A DNA stretch of 64,000 nucleotides, from sequence record SRR31156797_4553. One strand, written 5' to 3'. Of this stretch, positions 49,422 through 56,730 are shown in pieces (positions within the stretch are counted from its first letter, which is position 1; each line of letters opens with the position of its first letter). The notes beneath the pieces are model-generated. The model made no database searches. It worked only from the letters and a program-made list of their open reading frames with translations, and was not told the DNA's origin. The position numbers were made by a program, and so were the translations under genes.

Positions 49422-49635
49422 AAAAAAATAGATTCGACGATTGTGCTTTCTGGGTTTTCAAAGGTTCTTATGTCCACTTTGATCCTCAGGTAATGATGCC
49501 CATCGCCGAATCCTATTCAATTAGTAAGGAGTAACTCAAATTCCCACATCCTTTGTCTTTTATTCTAAGTTGACAACAATTCTTTTCTTGCAGAACCTGC
49601 TTCGTCTGCTTTACTGGGAATCCTTGCTCCTTACA
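49422..49635 (-). ncRNA. Candidate structured ncRNA of about 214 nt (two long helical domains)
   Basis: Minus-strand TGcTATACT -10 (49641-49649) and TTGCTA -35; 5' GTAAGGAGCAA-GGATTCCCA pairs with TGGGAATTT-..-TTACTCCTTAC; 3' GATTCGGCGAT pairs with ATCGTCGAATC, followed by a T run. Confidence 0.6.
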
Positions 49636-49663
49636 CTTATAGTATAGCACATTTTTCTCTTTT

Positions 49664-49677
49664 AGCAATCGCTTACA
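49664..49677 (-). promoter_or_regulatory. cre (CcpA) site overlapping the -35 of the candidate ncRNA
   Basis: TGTAAGCGATTGCT compared with consensus TGWAANCGNTNWCA. Confidence 0.55.
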
Positions 49678-49789
49678 TGATTTGGTAGTTGTCTTTTAGA
49701 TAAATTTAAATAGTTTAAATAAAAGATAAAGGAAAAGCAAAACCGAGTTTTCATTCGATTTTGCTTTTATGTCTTTTAGAAAGTAGCAG

Positions 49790-50038
49790 TCATTCTTTTT
49801 TTGGATTTTTCACAAAAATTAAAATCAAAATTGGAACCACTAAAAATATAATCGAATTATTGATTATCAGCACATCGTAATTACTAAAATTAAACGGATT
49901 ATTTTGCCATGTTTGAAACATAAATCCCAGTAAATTTTGAGTATGGGCAAGATAAAATAAAGCAGAGGTGCCTAGTATGTTAAGGATTATTGTGATCACA
50001 CATAAAATCCGTACTAGCTTAATTAGTACTTTTTTCAT
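49790..50038 (-). CDS. Small two-TM membrane protein
   Basis: RBS AAGGAG; two hydrophobic segments; 16 bp downstream of the lipoprotein gene. Confidence 0.7.
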   Translation of the reverse strand: MKKVLIKLVRILCVITIILNILGTSALFYLAHTQNLLGFMFQTWQNNPFNFSNYDVLIINNSIIFLVVPILILIFVKNPKKE

Positions 50039-50054
50039 AGGAGAGCTCCTTTAG

Positions 50055-50567
50055 TTATTGCTGCATTTCTGGTAGATTGGCGAAGGCTTCAGTTAGTTTC
50101 ACAGATTCTTCTAAAATATCCATATAGATATCGTAGTAAGCCCAGCCGTCACCTAGATCAGCCGCTTCAATTGTCTCAGTGGTTGTTTGAAATTCTCTCA
50201 TCAAATCAGTGTAGCTACGCATAACAGAAGTGTAAGCGGACAAATCATAAGTTTCAGGATTGGCAATATACCCTTCAACTTCTGCGGTCAGATCAGCGTA
50301 CGTATCAGATAATTTTTCAAGTTGTGCTTCCAATTCATCAGAAGCTTGCTCATTCGCTTGGCTGTCAATTTCTTCTTCTGAGCTCTCATTAGTTTCAATC
50401 TCTTCTTCTTCAGAAGCAGCGACATCCTCAGAATCTTCGGAGCTTTCCATTGTTGTTTCAGTTGTTTGTTGTGACGATTCGACAGTATCACTTTCCACAT
50501 CTTCACTAGAGCAACCAGCCAGGAATAAAGTGGATACTAGTACAAAACCAAATAAAATCTTTTTCAT
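50055..50567 (-). CDS. Acidic lipoprotein of unknown function
   Basis: MKKILFGFVLVSTLFLAG-C lipobox, Ser/Glu-rich linker, helical-looking C-terminal domain; RBS AAGGGG. Confidence 0.8.
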   Translation of the reverse strand: MKKILFGFVLVSTLFLAGCSSEDVESDTVESSQQTTETTMESSEDSEDVAASEEEEIETNESSEEEIDSQANEQASDELEAQLEKLSDTYADLTAEVEGYIANPETYDLSAYTSVMRSYTDLMREFQTTTETIEAADLGDGWAYYDIYMDILEESVKLTEAFANLPEMQQ

Positions 50568-50961
50568 TTTTAAACCCCTTTTTTTCAAAATAAATTGTAA
50601 TATTTTGCTTATATTATAATTTATGAAGAAATATTTTTTTGTATCTAAAAAAGAACATATCCTTTCTTTTTTAGATACTTTATTTATTTTACCTTGAAAA
50701 GCCTCACGAATAAAGAAGTATCTGGTTATTTTAACCATTATTTAACTATGTTTATGCATATTGTTATAAATAGTGATAAAAAAAGCGTTTTTTTATTTTG
50801 TGTAAAAATTCAAAAGGTTTGCATTTTATGGAGAAAAGATATTAAAATAACTATAATATATCTAATTATTTTTTTATTATTATTTATTGCTTTTTCCTTG
50901 TTAAAAAAAAGCGATAGGAGTAAATTAGAAGTGTAAAAAACTTATTTTAGGAGGAAGTATT

Positions 50962-51936
50962 ATGTGTACTGCGTTAACTTATGTAACGAAAGATCATTAT
51001 TTTGGCAGAAATTTTGATTATGATGTTTCTTATAAAGAAGTAGTGACCATTACTCCGAGAAATTATCCATTCAAATTTCGCAAAGTAAGTGAAATAGATC
51101 ACCATTACGCAATGATTGGGATTGCTGCTGGTGTCGCTGAGTATCCACTGTATTATGATGCGGTCAATGAAAAAGGTTTAGGTATCGCTGGATTGAATTT
51201 TCCAGAAAATGCTGTCTACAATGAATTTCAAGAAGGAAAAGAGAATGTTACGCCTTTTGAGTTCATCCCATGGCTCTTAGGACAATGCGCTACTGTCGAA
51301 GAAGTAAAAGGGCTATTAGCCAATGTCAATCTCGTTCGGATCAATTTTAGTGAAGATTTGCCTCTATCGCCTTTGCATTGGATGATTGCTGATAAAAAAA
51401 GTGCCATCGTTGTGGAAAGTATGAGTGATGGCCTTCATATTCATGAAAATCCGGTGGGAGTTTTGACAAATAATCCGCCATTTGATTATCAATTGTTCAA
51501 TTTGAATAACTACCGTGTGTTATCATCGAAAACTCCGGAAACCCATTTTTCTGACAAGCTGGATTTTGATGAATATAGTCGTGGAATGGGCGGCTTAGGT
51601 CTGCCAGGAGATCTTTCTTCGATGTCTCGCTTTGTCAAAGTAGCTTTTACCCGATTAAATTCCGTTTCTGGAGAATCTGAATCCGAAAGCATTAGTCAGT
51701 TCTTCCATATTTTAGGTTCGGTTGAGCAACAAAAAGGACTTTGTGACATAGGCAATGAGCGCTATGAGTACACGATTTATTCTTCTTGCTGCAATACAGA
51801 TAAAGGAATCTATTACTATCGTACGTATGAAAATAGTCAAATCGTTGCAGTTGATATGAATAAAGAAGATTTGGAAGGTAATGTACCGATTTCTTATCCA
51901 TTAATTGAAGACCAACAAGTTCTTTTCAGTAACTGA
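50962..51936 (+). CDS. bsh: Choloylglycine hydrolase (bile salt hydrolase)
   Basis: N-terminal nucleophile M-CT, YFGRNFD, DAVNEKGL, VLTNNP, GLPGDLSSMSRF. Confidence 0.92.
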   Translation: MCTALTYVTKDHYFGRNFDYDVSYKEVVTITPRNYPFKFRKVSEIDHHYAMIGIAAGVAEYPLYYDAVNEKGLGIAGLNFPENAVYNEFQEGKENVTPFEFIPWLLGQCATVEEVKGLLANVNLVRINFSEDLPLSPLHWMIADKKSAIVVESMSDGLHIHENPVGVLTNNPPFDYQLFNLNNYRVLSSKTPETHFSDKLDFDEYSRGMGGLGLPGDLSSMSRFVKVAFTRLNSVSGESESESISQFFHILGSVEQQKGLCDIGNERYEYTIYSSCCNTDKGIYYYRTYENSQIVAVDMNKEDLEGNVPISYPLIEDQQVLFSN

Positions 51937-51945
51937 TCCATTCTT

Positions 51946-51983
51946 AAAAAACCATCTCAAAGCTGTTTTGAGATGGTTTTTTT
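51946..51983. terminator. Bidirectional terminator after bsh
   Basis: AAAAACCATCTCAAA-gctgt-TTTGAGATGGTTTTT. Confidence 0.8.
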
Positions 51984-51995
51984 CCTTTTCCATTT

Positions 51996-52523
51996 TTAAA
52001 ATGAATCACTCTCATTTGTTGTCGTCTTCGTCCCTGCGGTACTTTTATTCGGAAATGGAAAAAAGCGGTTCACCAATATTGCAATCGTCATGCCGATGAA
52101 ACTATCAACAATCCGATTAAAAGCATACAAGTAAGATTCAGTTTGAGGGATCATAAATAAAATCGTCAATAGTGTAGCACAAGCACCAACTGTTCCCTCG
52201 GAGTAATCAAATTTGACCAATAAAGCGATCATCAACATGATCACTAAAGGGATCGCAATCATTTGTATAAAGGACGAATGTCCGAAAAAGTTAAATATCG
52301 CAATACAAAATACAGAAGCGATTGCGCCGAAGCTGTTACCGGCAATCCGATGTTTCCCGTATTTGACGGTATTCTCATGATCTTCTCTTAATGTGAAAAC
52401 AGCTGTGATCGTTGATACGACGTAGGTTTCACGATTCAAAAGAACACTAATCAAAATACAGAGGAATACACTGATTCCAGTTTTTACATTTCTTAAGCCA
52501 AAGGTCAATCCAAATAAGTTCAA
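51996..52523 (-). CDS. FUSC / aromatic acid exporter family membrane protein (DUF939-like)
   Basis: GLRNVKTGISV, AVFTLRED, G.HRIAGNSFGA, YAFNRIVDSFIG. Confidence 0.82.
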   Translation of the reverse strand: MNLFGLTFGLRNVKTGISVFLCILISVLLNRETYVVSTITAVFTLREDHENTVKYGKHRIAGNSFGAIASVFCIAIFNFFGHSSFIQMIAIPLVIMLMIALLVKFDYSEGTVGACATLLTILFMIPQTESYLYAFNRIVDSFIGMTIAILVNRFFPFPNKSTAGTKTTTNESDSF

Positions 52524-52890
52524 TCATGCCATCCTCTCAAAACAAATTTCAACGAAGTCGATTATACCACATTGCAGACGGTCAATTGCTTAGATTTTCA
52601 GAAAAATGAACAACGATTCTTTCATCGTACGTTGACAGGCAAATTTTATCAGTCGTCGAGAAGCTAGCTTGATACCATGCAATTTTCAACTTTGAGTGTT
52701 GAAAGGAATACAATAAGTGACCCCAACCCTAAATGAATTGACTTTCGTTGCCATCGCTTAAGACTCCTTTTTTTATTTCTCAGTCTGTTCAACGTTTAAA
52801 TAAGTGTTTTGATAAAAAAATATTTATTGTTCATAAAAAGTTTGTTTTTTAGATATTATATTGAGATAATCAAAATAAGGAGGGTTTAAA

Positions 52891-53589
52891 ATGAAAAAAG
52901 TGTCCATACTATTTGTTCTTTTACTTGGCTTTGTTGTTTTTCCGATGACAGTTTTTGCTGCATCTTCACCAAGTGTGAGCTATCAAACAAATATCCAGTC
53001 TCAAGGGTGGCAATCATGGAAAACAAACGGTCAGACGTCAGGGACCACAGGGAAAGCCAAGCGACTTGAAGCAATCAAGATAAAAATTACTAACGAAAAA
53101 TACAAAGGGAATATTGAATATAAAACCTCCATTCAGAAACAAGGCTGGGAAAAATCGTTTAGAAAAAATGGGACTCTGTCTGGTACAAGTGGAAAAGGAC
53201 AACGGTTGGAGGCGATCCAAATCAAACTCACCGGTGAGATCGCTAAGTATTACGATGTCTATTATCGAGTCAATGCACAACAATTTAGCTGGATGGGGTG
53301 GGCGAAAAACGGACAGTCTTCAGGAACGTCTGGCTTTGGTTTTCAACTGGAAGCAATCCAGGTCAAACTGGTGAAAAAAGGTGGGAAAGCACCTGGAACG
53401 ACGAATGATGCATTTAGAGATGGACTGAAAAAATATGTAGACAAACGGGGCAAAGGGCTGATCAAAGGCTCCAAACAAAAGATTTATCATATACCGGGGA
53501 GTCAATATTATAATAAAACGACCAGTCCAATTCGGATGTTCAAGACAGAGGTGGAAGCCTACAAATCGGGCTTTCGACCAGCTAAATAG
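52891..53589 (+). CDS. Secreted protein with three ChW (clostridial hydrophobic W) repeats and a small C-terminal IKG..IYH.PG..Y..F.TE.EA..GFR domain
   Basis: Signal peptide ending VFA; three Y..xxQ..W..NG..SGT.G...LEAI.IK repeats; C-terminal motif seen on thermonuclease/competence-associated proteins. Confidence 0.8.
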   Translation: MKKVSILFVLLLGFVVFPMTVFAASSPSVSYQTNIQSQGWQSWKTNGQTSGTTGKAKRLEAIKIKITNEKYKGNIEYKTSIQKQGWEKSFRKNGTLSGTSGKGQRLEAIQIKLTGEIAKYYDVYYRVNAQQFSWMGWAKNGQSSGTSGFGFQLEAIQVKLVKKGGKAPGTTNDAFRDGLKKYVDKRGKGLIKGSKQKIYHIPGSQYYNKTTSPIRMFKTEVEAYKSGFRPAK

Positions 53590-54161
53590 AGGTGTAGCAG
53601 GCATTCGCTGAGTAAACATCTATGAGAAATTGCTTTACCAAAAAGGTAACGAGGCAACGAGAAGAGAGCTATTTTTGATCAAAAAGTAACTGAATCGTCT
53701 GATTCATTCTAAACATCCCTTTCCGTTAGCGAAAAGGGATGTTTTACGTATTCAAGATGATTTCTGTGCGTAGATCCGACGAATCTTAAAGTAATTCAGC
53801 ACTTAACCTTTCATCACGAGATGCGCCTTGATTTAGCGAGGTTTCAACACAAAGCCACCATCTTCATCGTTCATTTCTTCGGTAGGCGTAAAAATAATAT
53901 TTTTGCCATCTCTTTCAAGGTTAAAGATTGAATCACAAGCTATTAGGAAATCTGACGATGGATGATTCATTGATAGTCGAATAGGGCTAGAAAATGAAAG
54001 CTGCGAAGTGTTTCTTTGAATCAACGAATGAAGGAACAGAGGGAGCAATTCCATCTGCATAAAGTTTTGTCAGGTGATTTCGAGATGATTTGATGATTAA
54101 ATGGCCGGTTTAACATTGATATATGGCTATTAATGTGTATAATAAGTACTTGTGCGAAGCG

Positions 54162-54203
54162 CACCGCGGTTCATCAACCATCCCGCGTAATCAAAACTCG
54201 GAG
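54162..54203 (+). promoter_or_regulatory. preQ1-I riboswitch
   Basis: CGCGG-TTCATCAACCATC-CCGCG-TAATCAAAACTCG: 5-bp P1, GGUUC loop entry and A-rich tail ending AAAACU, between promoter TTGATA-16-TATAAT and queT. Confidence 0.88.
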
Positions 54204-54217
54204 AAAGTAGGGATCAA

Positions 54218-54727
54218 ATGGAAAAATCAACAAATCTAACCAATCAACGTTTGCGTGCCGTCGCAGCCAATGGGATCATTATGGCACTTTATGTTGCTGT
54301 AACGGTTCTAGTCTCACCCGTTGCTTCAGGAGCGATTCAATTTAGGATATCTGAAGGATTGAATCACTTGGTCGTTTTCAACAGAAAATTGATGTGGGGT
54401 GTCGTTGGCGGGGTTATAGTGTATAACATGTTCTTTGGAATGGGGATCTTGGATGTCGTATTCGGCGGTTTCGGAAGCTTCTTGGCTTTAGGAGCAACTG
54501 CATTGGTATATAAGAAGATTCCAAATGTTTTCGTAAGACTGGCATTTAATACCATTGTTTTTTCATTAAGTATGTTCCTGATTGCGATTATGCTAAATAT
54601 CACCTTAGCATTGCCTTTCTGGCCAACATTTGCAACAACGGCATTGAGTGAATTTATTGTAATGACGATTACGGCACCGGTGATGTATATCATCAATCGT
54701 GCCGTTCGCTTCGATAAGCGCGTGTAA
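54218..54727 (+). CDS. queT: Queuosine precursor transporter QueT (ECF S component)
   Basis: IMALYVAVT..SP..SGAIQFRISE.LN.L, DVVFG; preQ1 riboswitch upstream. Confidence 0.92.
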   Translation: MEKSTNLTNQRLRAVAANGIIMALYVAVTVLVSPVASGAIQFRISEGLNHLVVFNRKLMWGVVGGVIVYNMFFGMGILDVVFGGFGSFLALGATALVYKKIPNVFVRLAFNTIVFSLSMFLIAIMLNITLALPFWPTFATTALSEFIVMTITAPVMYIINRAVRFDKRV

Positions 54728-54810
54728 AAAAAGCTTGTTTTTTGCTTTGATGGTTCTCAAAAAACAAGAAAAAAGATCATTCCTAAGAAATGAAGGAATG
54801 ATCTTTTATT

Positions 54811-55449
54811 TTATTCTGCTTTTAAGTCTTCGATCTCCACAACTTTGAAGTTTTTCGCTTCTAGTTGCGCAACGATCTTGTCGCATAATTCTTTTGATGT
54901 GTTTGCTGGTAAAGTGATCATCGTACGACGAATAAATTCGTCTTTACCGATGTCGAGAGTGATACAGCTAGCGATACTGCTGTATTTTGCGATTATTTTT
55001 GAGATAACCGCTAAGTCGCCTTGTTGACCTGTTGATGCGATCGTCAACACATAGCTTCCTTGTTCAACGCTCCATGATTGTGACAACATATTCAATAAGG
55101 AACTATGAGTCAAGATGCCGTAAAATTGATTGTTTTCATCTAGTACCGCAATATAAGGCAATTCTTTGATTGTAAAGAAAACCTTAAAAAATGAAGAGTT
55201 GACATAAATGAACTTCGTCGCATTTTTTAGCAGATAGGTGACGGGTAAAGTCATGTCACCGCCATTTGCTTTATGGCGATAGATGTGCATTTTATAAATA
55301 TTTCCTCTAAAAATCTTTCCTGATTCATCTAGGATAGGCACACAACGATAACCAGACTCTTCTAAAATTGCCAGCGCTTCTTCTAAGGTAGCTGTTTCCT
55401 TTACCGTTGTTAAATCGCGTTTTTTGTAAACCATTGTTTTTAATAACAT
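54811..55449 (-). CDS. cbpA: CBS-pair plus ACT-like protein, c-di-AMP-binding CbpA-like
   Basis: GYRCVPILD..FRGNIYKMHIY, LPYIAVLD..FYGILTH; C-terminal ACT-like part. Confidence 0.78.
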   Translation of the reverse strand: MLLKTMVYKKRDLTTVKETATLEEALAILEESGYRCVPILDESGKIFRGNIYKMHIYRHKANGGDMTLPVTYLLKNATKFIYVNSSFFKVFFTIKELPYIAVLDENNQFYGILTHSSLLNMLSQSWSVEQGSYVLTIASTGQQGDLAVISKIIAKYSSIASCITLDIGKDEFIRRTMITLPANTSKELCDKIVAQLEAKNFKVVEIEDLKAE

Positions 55450-55604
55450 AATTTTCCCTCCCAAATACCCATTTAACACCATTATCATACCACAAAATCA
55501 GCAGAAACTATATTTATACGACAGAAAATCAAAAATTGACACAATCTTAAATAAATGGTATTTTTAGTGTTGGAAAACTTTATAAAAAGGGGGAGGACAC
55601 TAAG

Positions 55605-55757
55605 ATGGCAACGAAAAAAGCTGCTTTGGCTTGTTCTGTCTGCGGATCCCGCAACTATTCAAAATCAGTCAGTGAAGGTAAAAAAGGCGAACGCCTTGAA
55701 ATCAACAAATTTTGCAAGTATTGTAATCAATATACGTTGCATCGTGAAACGAAGTAA
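55605..55757 (+). CDS. rpmG: 50S ribosomal protein L33 (zinc-binding form); absent from ORF track
   Basis: [58 protein letters not shown]. Confidence 0.95.
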   Translation: MATKKAALACSVCGSRNYSKSVSEGKKGERLEINKFCKYCNQYTLHRETK

Positions 55758-55769
55758 GGAGGGAATCGA

Positions 55770-55940
55770 ATGAAATTTTTGAAAAATGTTGTTGAAGAAA
55801 TGAAAAACGTTTCTTGGCCATCAAAAAAACAATTACGCAAAGATACATTTGTGGTGATTCAAACAACCATTATTTTTGCATTGATGTTCTTTGTGATGGA
55901 CACACTGATTCAAACGGTCTTCAATTGGATCCTAAAGTAA
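55770..55940 (+). CDS. secE: Preprotein translocase subunit SecE; absent from ORF track
   Basis: MKFLKNVVEEMKNVSWPSKKQLRKDT plus one TM helix; between rpmG and nusG. Confidence 0.95.
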   Translation: MKFLKNVVEEMKNVSWPSKKQLRKDTFVVIQTTIIFALMFFVMDTLIQTVFNWILK

Positions 55941-56059
55941 CACTTCTTACTGATAGCGCTAGTCATTTATCACAAATCGTGCTATAATCGCTTTGAGGAA
56001 AAACTTCGGTGCAGCTGAGGTTTTTTTATTTTACAAAAAAGATGGGGAGTCCGAAAAAA

Positions 56060-56602
56060 ATGGAATCTTTTGAAAAAAATTGGTATGTACTGCATACGTA
56101 TTCTGGCTATGAAAACAAAGTAAAAGCGAACCTAGAGTCACGTGCACAAAGCATGGGGATGGGTGATTATATTTTCCGTGTCGTCGTTCCCGAAGAAGTA
56201 GAAACAGAAGAAAAAAACGGCAAAACCAAAGAAATCGTTCATAAAACATTTCCTGGCTATGTATTAGTTGAAATGGTCATGACGGATGAATCTTGGTACG
56301 TTGTACGTAATACTCCTGGGGTAACAGGTTTCGTTGGCTCTCATGGTGCAGGAAGCAAGCCAGCGCCTTTATTACAAGAAGAAATCAATTCAATTTTACG
56401 TTCGATCGGTATGAGTACTCGGACAGTTGAACTGGAAGTCGAAATTGGCGAAACCGTCAAAATCATCGAAGGTGCGTTTTCTGGTCTAGAAGGACAAGTA
56501 GCAGAAATCGATGAAGAAAAACAAAAACTAAAAGTGAACATCGATATGTTCGGTCGTGAAACCAGTACAGAACTTGATTTTGAGCAAGTAGATAAAATTT
56601 AA
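56060..56602 (+). CDS. nusG: Transcription termination/antitermination factor NusG
   Basis: WYVLHTYSGYENKVK, FPGYVLVEM, VRNTPGVTGFVG, KOW domain, MFGRET. Confidence 0.97.
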   Translation: MESFEKNWYVLHTYSGYENKVKANLESRAQSMGMGDYIFRVVVPEEVETEEKNGKTKEIVHKTFPGYVLVEMVMTDESWYVVRNTPGVTGFVGSHGAGSKPAPLLQEEINSILRSIGMSTRTVELEVEIGETVKIIEGAFSGLEGQVAEIDEEKQKLKVNIDMFGRETSTELDFEQVDKI

Positions 56603-56730
56603 CTGCTGGATAGACTAGCATGAACGGCTCATTTACGGTAAAATAACAGTAATGAGAATAAAGTGGACCAATTCGTTGGCCCACTTTTTTTCTCAAAATG
56701 AGTAAGCGCTTTATAAGAGGAAGGGGTCTT

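Noticed and set aside
49422-49635. Reading the candidate RNA as 6S RNA, a type I toxin mRNA or a riboswitch for the lipid kinase
   Set aside because: It folds as two domains rather than one rod with a central bubble, has no hydrophobic ORF with an RBS, and the kinase gene has its own promoter. Kept as an unassigned ncRNA.
50694-50936. 80-aa plus-strand ORF in the AT-rich region before bsh
   Set aside because: TTG start without RBS; I/F/K/L bias is what poly-A/T promoter DNA gives by chance.
53833-54060. 75-aa minus-strand ORF whose end (FNLERDGKNIIFTPTEE) faintly resembles AbrB/MazE-type antitoxin strands
   Set aside because: No RBS, no N-terminal GNS-type motif in the frames I checked and no adjacent toxin gene. 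At most a remnant; BLASTX would decide.
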